Below, piece by piece: positions 29,645-38,753 of a DNA stretch of 64,000 nt. This DNA is from Candidatus Latescibacterota bacterium (lineage in GTDB: Bacteria > Latescibacterota > UBA2968 > UBA8231), in the NCBI GenBank assembly GCA_965206595.1, contig OZ242214.1, positions 2,720,001 to 2,784,000 of the forward strand, read 5' to 3'. Every line of letters starts with the position of its first letter. Within the stretch, counting starts at the first letter, position 1. The notes under the pieces are model-generated. The model ran no database searches, was not told the origin of the DNA, and worked only from the letters and a program-made list of their open reading frames with translations. The position numbers and the translations under genes were made by a program.

Positions 29645-30191
29645 TGGAACTCTCCTCAGGTTTGAGGGAATTGAAAGGGGAACTGAACCTGAGGCATTCT
29701 CCAGATACGCCAATAGACCTCAACTCAAATTCAGTCCATTTCTATATGTACTGAGGTTGTTGGTATTTTGCAAGGGAAAAAGGGGAAATGGGGAAATTGG
29801 AGAGCTGGGCCCGATCCTCGCTCCAGGATCCTGTTGCAACGGATTCTGGAGGAGAGGTAACGGAGTTGCTACGCTGACCTGCCTCTGTCTGTCGGCTGCT
29901 CGGGGCCGCTGGTCACTTCGACGCGGGCCACGGCCGCGGAGCGGCACCAGCTGGCCGCGCGGGGTGTAGATCGGCAGGGCGGCGATGTCCTGGGTGCGGG
30001 ATCAGTCCTCCTCGCCCCGCCGGAGAATGGAATTGTAAAAAGTTCTGGGAGTCACTTTGGTACCGGCGCATCACAAACCCCTATTTCCACGGACGGCGCA
30101 AGCTTCCCTACCGGCAGTGGCTCAGCCTTGGCCGGGCGGCGCACCCTGGACGACATACCGAATTTTACAGGATTCGGCTAATGGGTCTACC

Positions 30192-30524
30192 TCAAGATCG
30201 GCCTGAATGCGCCCCCGGAGTCGAAAACGGTACTCTGTAGCTTCCCGTCGACATCGAGCCCCGGCATTTCTCCAAGGGGATCGGGGAGTGAGACAACCCC
30301 GTTCCGGGACGAACGCTGAACCGCCTTCGGCAGGCTCCACACCAGTAGGGCTGAGCGAATCTGGAATTCCTGGTAATACGGTCGCAGCATCCACAGTGAG
30401 GGCAGTATATGGAGACGGGTAAGTCTTCTACGAATTCTCCCCATCTTACCTCTTCGAACCATTCTTCCGCCGAAATATTATCATCAATTTTAACCGTTAA
30501 CGAGATACCTTTGTAATTGTTCAC
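30192..30524 (-). pseudogene. IS1595 transposase N-terminal fragment
   Basis: AEEWFEEVRWG...IYCPHCGC...YWCGACRRRFSVR; homology ends after the Zn ribbon. Confidence 0.85.
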
Positions 30525-30732
30525 TACGATTACCTTCGAGCCGTGGAATACCGTACTGAGACCAGCGGCTCTCTTCAAATATTGTGATTCACGCTCCCAT
30601 ATCATCCTTTCGGTTTCAGAGGGAAGGTGACTCCGTCGGTGTGCACCGACAGCAGGGACTGGGAAGCGGAATGCTGCCGGCTTCCCGTGTTCAATGTGCC
30701 TTTATTGTACCTGGGCTGAACTAAAAAATCAA
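30525..30732 (-). promoter_or_regulatory. Transposase promoter and leader, copy B
   Basis: TTGATT-17-TACAAT (30732-30704), palindrome 30635-30650, mini-ORF ATG GGA GCG TGA (30600-30589). Confidence 0.7.
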
Positions 30733-31179
30733 ATTAGCCTTAGGAGGAGGTTTATAAAACCCACAATATGGCGGAGAGAAACTTAAATTTCTGGGAGCAG
30801 GAGGGGGGCAGGACAGGGGAGGGGGCTGCTTCCTCGGTAATCGGCGGAACGGAGTCAGCTACGAGGTCGAAGCGGGAAAGAGGAGAGATTTCAGGAACGG
30901 CTGTGTCGAGGTGCGGCTACGGAACTGCGAGGTGAGGCATCTCCAAAGCTGGCGAACCGGCAGGCGGTGGGTGGCCCTGGGCACGGTCTTTGCTGGGATT
31001 CCGCTGCGGGAAGAAGGGGGTTTCTCCCTGCGGAGTATACGGAAGCTGACGATTCGCGAGGGATCCTCCCGTTGCCTTGCACACCCCCTTGGGAAATCGG
31101 CACCGTGGATCGGAAGGTCGGGGTATCCGAGCCCGAAATTACCTCTGAGTGCAGGGGTTGACGGGATTCGGCCTTGCGA

Positions 31180-31405
31180 CGCATAACGTGCGACGCTGGA
31201 GCAACTCATCGCAGCCTCACCGCTGGGTAGCCACGGCGTTGCTGGACATCGAACCGCGTCTGCGCCGGGTCAAAGGCTACCGTCACTTGCCAACGCTGCG
31301 ACACGCCCTGCAAGCCAAACTCGGAATCAAACAGCTCGCCAGGGCGGGCTGATCAATCAACGCAACTGAGCCTGTGCTTGTTTCAACTGAAAATGGGACT
31401 TGCCC
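31180..31405 (+). mobile_element. IS256-family 3' remnant
   Basis: NVRRWSNSSQPHRWVATALLDIEPRLRRVKGYRHLP; ends in TTTCAACTGAAAATGGGACTTGCCC. Confidence 0.75.
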
Positions 31406-31412
31406 GGCTGGC

Positions 31413-32312
31413 CTACTCCAAAGAGGCTTTGATCCGTCCCCAGGTAACGGACTCGACTGCCGTAGCCTGAGCGGGAAGCAACAGCCCATCGAGGAAGAGA
31501 TCCGCCATTGAATGGGGCAGCAACAGGAAGGCTTCCTCATCGTCAATGCCTTCCGGGTTCCAGGGTATTGAAGTATCTGGATCAAAGGAGGGATCGGAGT
31601 CGTTGATGACAGGTGCGAAACCGATGATCTGATTGGCGGACAGCTCGCTGAAAAGGATTTCAGCTATGCTGTCGCCCCATCCGTCCTGTGGTGTGACATA
31701 CATCTCGACAACCCAGACGAAGGGGTTTTCTCCAGCTACATTTCCACCCGCATCTCCGTAGGGCGGGGAGGTGTGCCAGGGTTGGAGAAAGCTGTGTTCG
31801 CTGGCCAAGGTTGGGCCGCTTACTGTACGTGAAATGGCATCGTACTTCTGCGTTTCTCCATAACTCGGCAATCTATCCCCAAGAGTACCGTAGCCATCGG
31901 TGAATCCTTTGCCGCCGTTGTGATCCGCATCGAGGTAAAGCGTAATGCTGTCATAAAGGTCAATCTGTGGTATGACATTCTCTCCAGACCAATCATGGTT
32001 ATTCTCGTATTCATCGTCGACTACGATGAAGGCTGCATATATTCGGTTCAGCTCGTCATGCCAAGCCAGCCAGATGCGGAAGTCGAGGTTGGAGGGATCA
32101 CGAGGGATAAAATCATCATTGGTCTTGAAATCCAGCAGAGTCATGTTGGGTTCGCCGATCTCATACCATTCGTCGATAAATCCATCGTGTATATTGATCT
32201 TTCTCAGCATTTCATCGGTAAGCTCGTAGAAGGGGTACAGGCGATTCCCGCTATGCGCTTCACCCAAGCTCGCAAAAATCAGGACGACAAGAAGTCCACT
32301 AAGTACCTGCAT
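31413..32312 (-). CDS. Secreted CBM9/DOMON-like protein, copy 3
   Basis: Paralogue of copies 1 and 2 with variable patches. Confidence 0.65.
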   Translation of the reverse strand: MQVLSGLLVVLIFASLGEAHSGNRLYPFYELTDEMLRKINIHDGFIDEWYEIGEPNMTLLDFKTNDDFIPRDPSNLDFRIWLAWHDELNRIYAAFIVVDDEYENNHDWSGENVIPQIDLYDSITLYLDADHNGGKGFTDGYGTLGDRLPSYGETQKYDAISRTVSGPTLASEHSFLQPWHTSPPYGDAGGNVAGENPFVWVVEMYVTPQDGWGDSIAEILFSELSANQIIGFAPVINDSDPSFDPDTSIPWNPEGIDDEEAFLLLPHSMADLFLDGLLLPAQATAVESVTWGRIKASLE

Positions 32313-32334
32313 TGATTCCCCCTTGGGTTTCCAT

Positions 32335-33219
32335 TCAGAAGTCAACCAATCGAACCAGCCAGCCCCAAAAGGGCTCAGGACGGCTGGACAGGAAGCAATA
32401 GTTATCCCCATCCGGTGACCATGACAGCTGCAAGTCACTTTCATGGGAAGGAAGCCGGGTTACCTTCGTTCCCTTCACGTAGACGCCTCCTATCCCATCT
32501 CGGTTGGAGAGAAATGCAACCTCTCCCTTTGAAGTCCAAACCGGATTCCAGTCTTTCGCGAAATGGTTTGTCATTCTTGTAATCGTCCCATCTAAATCTG
32601 CAATACAGATTTCCGGGTTACCGTAGCGGATGCACTCGAAGGCAATTCGAGTGCCTTCGGGCGACCACGCAGGACGAACATCCGGGCTGTCATGGCGGGT
32701 GAGGTTGCGGAGACGGCCTTCTTGGTCCGCAAGATAGATTTCCATGTTGCTGTCTCGGTAGGTTGTAAAAGCAAGTAGGCCGTTCTTTGACCAAGCTGGA
32801 AGAATTCCGTCCTGAATGATTTTCTTAATCTGGCCATCCTCAAGGTTCAAACTGAAGATATCGTACGACTCTGCCTCCTCCGCGCCACCCCCAAATGCGA
32901 TCTCAGTGCTGTTGGGATGCCAGGACATGCCAAGGGTGAAGGTCAGTGGTGATGGCATAGGAATCGTTTTCAACCGGTCCCCATCAGTTGAGATAAGTTG
33001 AAATGCGTTATCCTGTCGATCATGGTAGAGGATGTGTTGGCCATCTGGAGACCAAATGGGGTTAAAAGCCCCAGAATCAGACAGTCGCCGAACCTGATCG
33101 TTAATTTTGCAATAAACACTCCCGCTTTCGTGCCCATCCACAGGAGATAGCAAGAGGAGCAAGAGAGGCCCTATTCTAACGAAGCCCTGTTTAATTCCCA
33201 TGGATTCGGAGAGGCCCAC
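32335..33219 (-). CDS. Secreted TolB-like PD40 beta-propeller, copy 2
   Basis: Protein identical to 24174-25058. Confidence 0.9.
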   Translation of the reverse strand: MGLSESMGIKQGFVRIGPLLLLLLSPVDGHESGSVYCKINDQVRRLSDSGAFNPIWSPDGQHILYHDRQDNAFQLISTDGDRLKTIPMPSPLTFTLGMSWHPNSTEIAFGGGAEEAESYDIFSLNLEDGQIKKIIQDGILPAWSKNGLLAFTTYRDSNMEIYLADQEGRLRNLTRHDSPDVRPAWSPEGTRIAFECIRYGNPEICIADLDGTITRMTNHFAKDWNPVWTSKGEVAFLSNRDGIGGVYVKGTKVTRLPSHESDLQLSWSPDGDNYCFLSSRPEPFWGWLVRLVDF

Positions 33220-33410
33220 CTGAGTCGGACAACAACTGTTGGAAGCCAGCGATAAATTGCTTACCCTAGTGGCTTGGGTTCGACGGCCCCCTGCAACGGT
33301 CCAAACTTCCAGTCTATCTGTTTGCTAGCCGGGATTCCACCGAGATTCTCAAGCGCGTCGGGATAAGAGAATCCCGGTGGACGGACAACTGCCTTCCTCC
33401 ATTTAGTTCA

Positions 33411-33638
33411 TCACTGGTCACAACACCTGCATTGATAGCCGTTCCCGTAAAGCTCGGCATGAGAATGGCTATGACCCCAGCAGTGGTAGCCACACAGCCA
33501 TTGCTGTTGTACGGTTGTTTTGTGGCCGAAATATTCCAGAGATTCCGGAGGAGAGTGAGCACCAACGTAGGTAATGGCAGTTAGAGAGACTCCAATTGCC
33601 ATCAAAGCGCTAATTATGAGGCTTTTTCGGCGAATCAT
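33411..33638 (-). CDS. 75-aa secreted His/Cys-rich peptide, variant 2
   Basis: Same signal peptide and RBS as variant 1; 9 substitutions in the mature part. Confidence 0.85.
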   Translation of the reverse strand: MIRRKSLIISALMAIGVSLTAITYVGAHSPPESLEYFGHKTTVQQQWLCGYHCWGHSHSHAELYGNGYQCRCCDQ

Positions 33639-33763
33639 TACAACCTCCTCTTGGGAGAGAGAACCTTTGGGAATGTCGGGCGACAAGCCCAACAGCTTAG
33701 TAAGCAAGCTAATGAATCTGTTGATGGTTTTGCAAGGAAAAAAGACAAGGATACAAAAACCAT

Positions 33764-33809
33764 GGTGAGGTTCCCCCGGTTTCCCGGGTGAGGTTCCCCC
33801 GGTTTCCCG
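33764..33809. repeat. 23-bp tandem duplication at the edge of the duplicated cassette
   Basis: GGTGAGGTTCCCCCGGTTTCCCG x2. Confidence 0.85.
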
Positions 33810-34270
33810 GAACTATTTTCAGAAATAAGACCGGGATCTGACCGGTCAGCCAGCTGCTTTCACGGGCGGCTGGCCTTCCTTCTGTTTGTGGCTATGGAGC
33901 TACACATTAACGGCATGACAAGGTTGCTCCTATTGCAGGAGCATAGAAATTGGCAATGCATATTCTGGCCCATGGCCTCCCATGAGGGGGATGCGGCATC
34001 GGGGATCACCCGGTCTGAGCAAGCCGTTGTCGCCGGTGTGAGGAGCAATGATGCGGTCTGGTCGACAAGGGGGCAAGGAGGAGGGCTGGGGAGTTCTCAG
34101 GGTTGCAGGCTGATCCATGCGCAAGATCCCTCCGTAGGAGGATACGGAGGGAAGGCTACGAGGAGGGTTGTCATCTTGCTGACCATCCGAGAAGATTCTC
34201 TCCATCCACAGGCTCAGTTCCGGGCGATGAAGATTTCTCCTACGGGAGAATATTATCGGGAGGAAACGGG

Positions 34271-35296
34271 TCACCGGGGGTCTGTAACCTTGCTGACTTT
34301 ACGGAAGGGTTCGCCCTCCTTCCATCGATGATGCGTGAAGGGAACCGGAGGGACCTCCGTGCTCACGAGGTCCCGGTGCGTCAGCCGTTTCCCTTCCAAG
34401 CCGGACACGAGGAGTTTTACCTTATCCAGGGTATCCATTCCTCGCAGATTGTGCCTGCCTGTGATTTCCTTGAGGTATCGGGGCAAATACTTGGGAGATA
34501 GGTGGCGATAGATGCCGTAGGTTCCCTTGATCTGAGAATTAAACGATTCAGCACGGTTCGTTCCGGCGTCCCCTCTGACGTATTGCCCTTTATTGTGGTT
34601 GACGACTTCGTGTCTTGCCGCCCATTGAAAATCGGAATAGGAAGGGAACTCGTCGGTGAAAAGGGTGCCTCCCCGGCGTAGGTGTTTCTTTACAAAAGCG
34701 GACAAGGTCTCCTCTGTCTTTTCGAGGATCACCTCGGCGGCTACCCTGCCGGTTTCCCGGTCGCACATTACGACCGCGATGCTGACGCCCTTCCGCCAGT
34801 TGCGGCCAAACTTCTTGTCGAAGTGCCTGTTTGGATCTTCTCCTCCGACATTGACTTCGTCTGCTTCAGCGACCTTGCAGTTGAGGCTTTCCGGTTCTTT
34901 CCACCCTTCCCGGATGCGCTGGAGCATGAACCATGCGCTTTTCTGCGTGATGCCGAGGTCCTCGGCAAGCAGCCGGCTGCTGATACCGTACGGCCGGGTC
35001 GAGTGCAGGTGAATTCCGACGACCCATGTCTGATAGGGAATCTTGGAGTTGGCTAACCTGGTTCTGGTGCGAACGCTGAAGTGTTTTCGACAGTCGCCAC
35101 ACCAGTAGGGCCTGTTCCCCCGGTTGCGGCAGGCGGTTATCCTGCCGCAGCAGTGGCAGTGCGGGCAGTATATGGAGACAGGAAGCCCGTCTACGGTCTT
35201 CCCCCATCTTTCCTCTTCGAACCATCTTTCTGCTGTGGCATCATCTGGAAACATATCGAATAAATCGATTAACGATAAACCTTTACCTTTCTTCAC
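34271..35296 (-). CDS. IS1595-family transposase, apparently intact
   Basis: LSLIDLFDMFPDDATAERWFEEERW, Zn ribbon, EADEVNVGG, LFTDE, TNRAES, PRYLKEITGRHN. Confidence 0.95.
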   Translation of the reverse strand: MKKGKGLSLIDLFDMFPDDATAERWFEEERWGKTVDGLPVSIYCPHCHCCGRITACRNRGNRPYWCGDCRKHFSVRTRTRLANSKIPYQTWVVGIHLHSTRPYGISSRLLAEDLGITQKSAWFMLQRIREGWKEPESLNCKVAEADEVNVGGEDPNRHFDKKFGRNWRKGVSIAVVMCDRETGRVAAEVILEKTEETLSAFVKKHLRRGGTLFTDEFPSYSDFQWAARHEVVNHNKGQYVRGDAGTNRAESFNSQIKGTYGIYRHLSPKYLPRYLKEITGRHNLRGMDTLDKVKLLVSGLEGKRLTHRDLVSTEVPPVPFTHHRWKEGEPFRKVSKVTDPR

Positions 35297-35511
35297 TTCG
35301 ATTACCTTCGGACCGTGGAATACCGTACTTGAGACCTGCGGCCCTCAAAAAACAGTGTGATTCACGCTCCCATAGGATTCCTTTCGCGTAGTAGTGGGAA
35401 GGTGATCTGTCGGTGTTCACCGACAGAAAAGACTGGGGAAGCGGCAGCGGATTCCTGCCGGCTACCCCTATGAGTTACCCATTAGTGTACCTGGCTGAAC
35501 TAAAAAAGCAA
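35297..35511 (-). promoter_or_regulatory. Transposase promoter and leader, copy A
   Basis: TTGCTT-16-TACACT (35511-35484), GC hairpin ~35434-35468, palindrome 35407-35426, mini-ORF 35373-35362. Confidence 0.7.
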
Positions 35512-36068
35512 ATCGGACTTCTGGGGTGGATTCGACAAACGTCTGATGACGGCGGAAAACTTTAGTTATTGGAAGGAGGGAAAGCAGGAATGGCGGGGGA
35601 GGCAAGGAAGTCGGGGGCTCAGGTAGGCTCCGATGCAAGGGCGGTGAGCATCCAGCCGATTCCTTCAGGAGCTGGAGCCGGAGTGAGGTCTTTGCGGGCT
35701 GAGATCCTGGGGGGGGGGGGGGAGGGGATTGCGGGGCTGCAAGCCCGGTGTCGCTGGAGGTCTCAGTCTGGATCGGTGTGCCTGGGAAGTTCAGAAACTG
35801 CGGGGCGAGGGTGCCGCTGGGGGATAGGACGTGGTGACGCTGTTTCTCGACGGCAAGGGCTTCGCCGAGGAGGATACCGCCTGGGGCAACGACCTCACCA
35901 GGGCGGCGAGAGGAACAGCATGACCACGCTACTCGGCCTGACTACCCCGAGCAGAGGCAAGTGTCAGGAAATTACCATCACTGTACATGTTATACCAGAA
36001 AGGTGCGGAATTCGCGTTGCCCCCGGAAATGGGGGCAGGGTGGGTTTATCTATTTCTTCTTCTGATGT

Positions 36069-37085
36069 TCATTCTCTCAATAGTCCAATGCACTCCCGAG
36101 TTGCTGCTGAGCTAAACCCGGACTTAATAAGAGTTGCATTGTCTCTAATTGCCTGTGGGGTGTCGGTTGGCCAGTCTTCCTTATCTATTACAATTATCTT
36201 AGTACCATGTTTCAGTTGGCTCAACAAGATATACTCTATTTCTTCATCCCTAAATGAAAACCCAACAAAAATTACAATGTCAGTGTTTCGTGCAATATGG
36301 TTTAAATAATCATAAAACTTATCAAATGGATGTTCATGTGGTCGGCCTTTAAATCCAGGATATAGAACGGGGTGATTGTTAGAATCAAATCCCTCGTCTT
36401 GAACGCTGCAACATTGTATTACTCCATCTTTCCATTTCCAATCTACTGATCCATGCAGCTTTGTGAATAACCCTTTTTGTCCTAAACGAACAGGGGGAAT
36501 TACCCAATGCTTTGTATCCAAAATTACATAGTCCCCATTGTCATCCAATGTTCTGCCTCTTTCAAGGCTCTTTGTTAGGGTTTCTTTGTCTCCAGAAATT
36601 GCTCGATCAATAACCAAATCGTAATTAGTCGTAAAAATTTCCAATGGAGGAGATAAGGACATGAGATTCTTAAAAAATTCTGTCAAATACTTGGGAATTC
36701 TAAAATCACTTGGACAGTAAACTGAATTGATAGTCTTGCATATTATATCACGCAAACTTTGTAATTCATTAACAAATCCTGGTATCCTTCTAAACTCGTT
36801 ATTAGTGTGTAAATCATTGAAAAATGATCTCCATAAATGTCCTACAACTTTATCGCGATTATTTATATCTGAGAAATGATCGATAGCACTCTCAACTTCC
36901 CGCAATATTCGTTCAATATCGACGGGAATCTCCCTATCCATCTGCATATATTTTACAATTAGTGCATAGAATGAAGAGGTTTTTGCGCTGTCTGGCAAGC
37001 ATTTTTCGTAAAACTCCACCATAGTAGGAAACTTCTCTTCATCTATCGCCCGGGAGCAGCCAGCACCCACGAATAGCAAGATCAT
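36069..37085 (-). CDS. SIR2-like (SIR2_2) domain protein
   Basis: FVGAGCS, FTTNYD, KLHGSVDW, FVGFSFRD; low GC. Confidence 0.9.
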   Translation of the reverse strand: MILLFVGAGCSRAIDEEKFPTMVEFYEKCLPDSAKTSSFYALIVKYMQMDREIPVDIERILREVESAIDHFSDINNRDKVVGHLWRSFFNDLHTNNEFRRIPGFVNELQSLRDIICKTINSVYCPSDFRIPKYLTEFFKNLMSLSPPLEIFTTNYDLVIDRAISGDKETLTKSLERGRTLDDNGDYVILDTKHWVIPPVRLGQKGLFTKLHGSVDWKWKDGVIQCCSVQDEGFDSNNHPVLYPGFKGRPHEHPFDKFYDYLNHIARNTDIVIFVGFSFRDEEIEYILLSQLKHGTKIIVIDKEDWPTDTPQAIRDNATLIKSGFSSAATRECIGLLRE

Positions 37086-37119
37086 TGTTTTTTTCCTTTC
37101 TCCACAAGTTTTGGCGTGT

Positions 37120-37359
37120 TTATTCTCTGTCTCTAAGCAAATTTTGAACAGAAGTCACTTCCATCTTTTTCCCTTCCACATAGGCTCCGAGAAGGTCCGT
37201 GCTTCCCGTTTGAACGAAGTAATCTTCAAGAACAAGATAGAGCAACGCCCCAGCATCGTCTTTGAATGTTATTTCCGACACTCTATTATCTGGATGGGAA
37301 ACAATTATTGTTACTTCCGAGCCTGGATGCTTAATGCCTATTGCGGTTTTTGCTTCCAT
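37120..37359 (-). CDS. Small hypothetical protein upstream of the SIR2-like gene
   Basis: GGAGGAGG RBS; co-oriented with the SIR2-like gene. Confidence 0.55.
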   Translation of the reverse strand: MEAKTAIGIKHPGSEVTIIVSHPDNRVSEITFKDDAGALLYLVLEDYFVQTGSTDLLGAYVEGKKMEVTSVQNLLRDRE

Positions 37360-37665
37360 TTCGGTTCCTCCTCCACATGGAATGAATGAATAAGTGCTCT
37401 CAACCTACTCCAACTTTTCCCGAGCCAGCGGTAATTTCCGGGTACGTGTAGCATCAGGAAATCGAAGTACCAAATACCAACTCTCTGGGCTCTTCCTTAT
37501 CAGTACTCAATATAGCTTCCATAGCTTCCAAACCTTTTCGGCGGCAAGGGGCACCGAGGGAAACAACCGGGGAATGCCTGATCCATAGCGCGATTTCGCC
37601 AAAAAACTTGGTATAACATAGTAGAGCAAGGCGTTTACTCCCCTCACCGCAGGATCTGGAACTGC

Positions 37666-38215
37666 CCGCTTTCCGCGATCCGAAGGACTGCATCCGAATC
37701 ACGGTTTCCAAACTCCCCCAAGCACCGCCGGCAGGCGATCCGGGAACCGACTTCCTCCTGTCGTTTCTCTGTTGCCCTAATCTCATATCACGCTGAATCC
37801 ATACCGAAAACAGCATAGTAGTGAGTCGACGCAGTTGCCGCTACCGGCTCGCTGAATTCTGGAACGGTATTTCCACCTTCCAATCCCGATTCTAACGGGG
37901 ACCCGAATTCCTGTCAACATTCCGCGCCGGCTGGGTTTCAGGACCGGCTCAAGGGCCGTTCTGTGTCCTTCTGTCGGTGTCCACCGAAAATCAACCACCC
38001 AAATGGAGAGAATGAAAGATGGAGCAAAATCAGCTAAAAAGGGCGAGAGACGCCCTTGGCATGAAGCAGTGGGAGCTGGGCATCGCCCTTGGTGTCAGTG
38101 AGGCCGAAGTGTGCCTGTGGGAGAAGGGGAAGCGAATGATGCCGGAAAGGTATCTCCGTCTCATGGGAGCGATCATCCACCACCAAGAGCGGGGCTTGAT
38201 CCTCTCCTACAAGGC
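37666..38215 (+). repeat. Left arm of an internal ~550-bp inverted repeat (partner ~41470-42020)
   Basis: Shared upstream blocks (GAAGGACTGCATCC, AATCACGGTTTCC, GACGCAGTTGCCGCT, GGGCCGTTCTGTG) and a near-identical XRE gene. Confidence 0.85.
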
Positions 38216-38264
38216 ATCGCATCCAAGGAGAAAAGAGAAGGAAAATGGGAACCACTATCTGTGA
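38019..38264 (+). CDS. XRE-family HTH regulator, copy 1
   Basis: LKRARDALGMKQWELGIALGVSEAEVCLWEKGKR. Confidence 0.9.
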   Translation: MEQNQLKRARDALGMKQWELGIALGVSEAEVCLWEKGKRMMPERYLRLMGAIIHHQERGLILSYKASHPRRKEKENGNHYL

Positions 38265-38487
38265 TATCTGCGACGGCGTCGTATCTGAAGACGACTTGCG
38301 CGGACAGCTCAAGGTCGGAACGGCCAGCATGGACGAGGGAAGGAAGTTCGATGTCTGCATCGAGTGTGTGCATGGCCTTACCTCAACATGCAGGAGGCTC
38401 GTTTCCTCGCCGTTCCGTCTGTTCCTGGACGACAATGGGAATGTTAAGGATACGCAAGCACCAACAGCCTTGCAGGAAGAAAAGTGA
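38245..38487 (+). CDS. Small CxxC...CxxC Zn-finger-like protein
   Basis: CDIC...CIEC; AAGGA RBS; overlaps the XRE end. Confidence 0.65.
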   Translation: MGTTICDICDGVVSEDDLRGQLKVGTASMDEGRKFDVCIECVHGLTSTCRRLVSSPFRLFLDDNGNVKDTQAPTALQEEK

Positions 38488-38753
38488 TGCGGGGCCGCTA
38501 CGCTGGAAGAAGCCGGGAAGGATGAGGTTCTTGGCTTTGATCCCCATTTTCGGGGTGTCGAGTCCCACGGGAACCCTTCACCATCAATTAAGCACTCTGA
38601 GCAGGCAGGTCGGTTTCTATCCGGGCTATGCGGCTGTCCATGCTGTAGATCCTGGCCCTCATGTTGGAGCTGAAACCCCACTGGCTCCAATGATGACAAT
38701 CAGAACGCCCGAGATAACCAGAATATCCTTCCAGTTCAATCTGCCGTTCATCT

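Noticed and set aside
25255-33638. Diversity-generating retroelement as the source of peptide and CBM9 variation
   Set aside because: No reverse transcriptase in the window, and the differences between copies are not restricted to adenines
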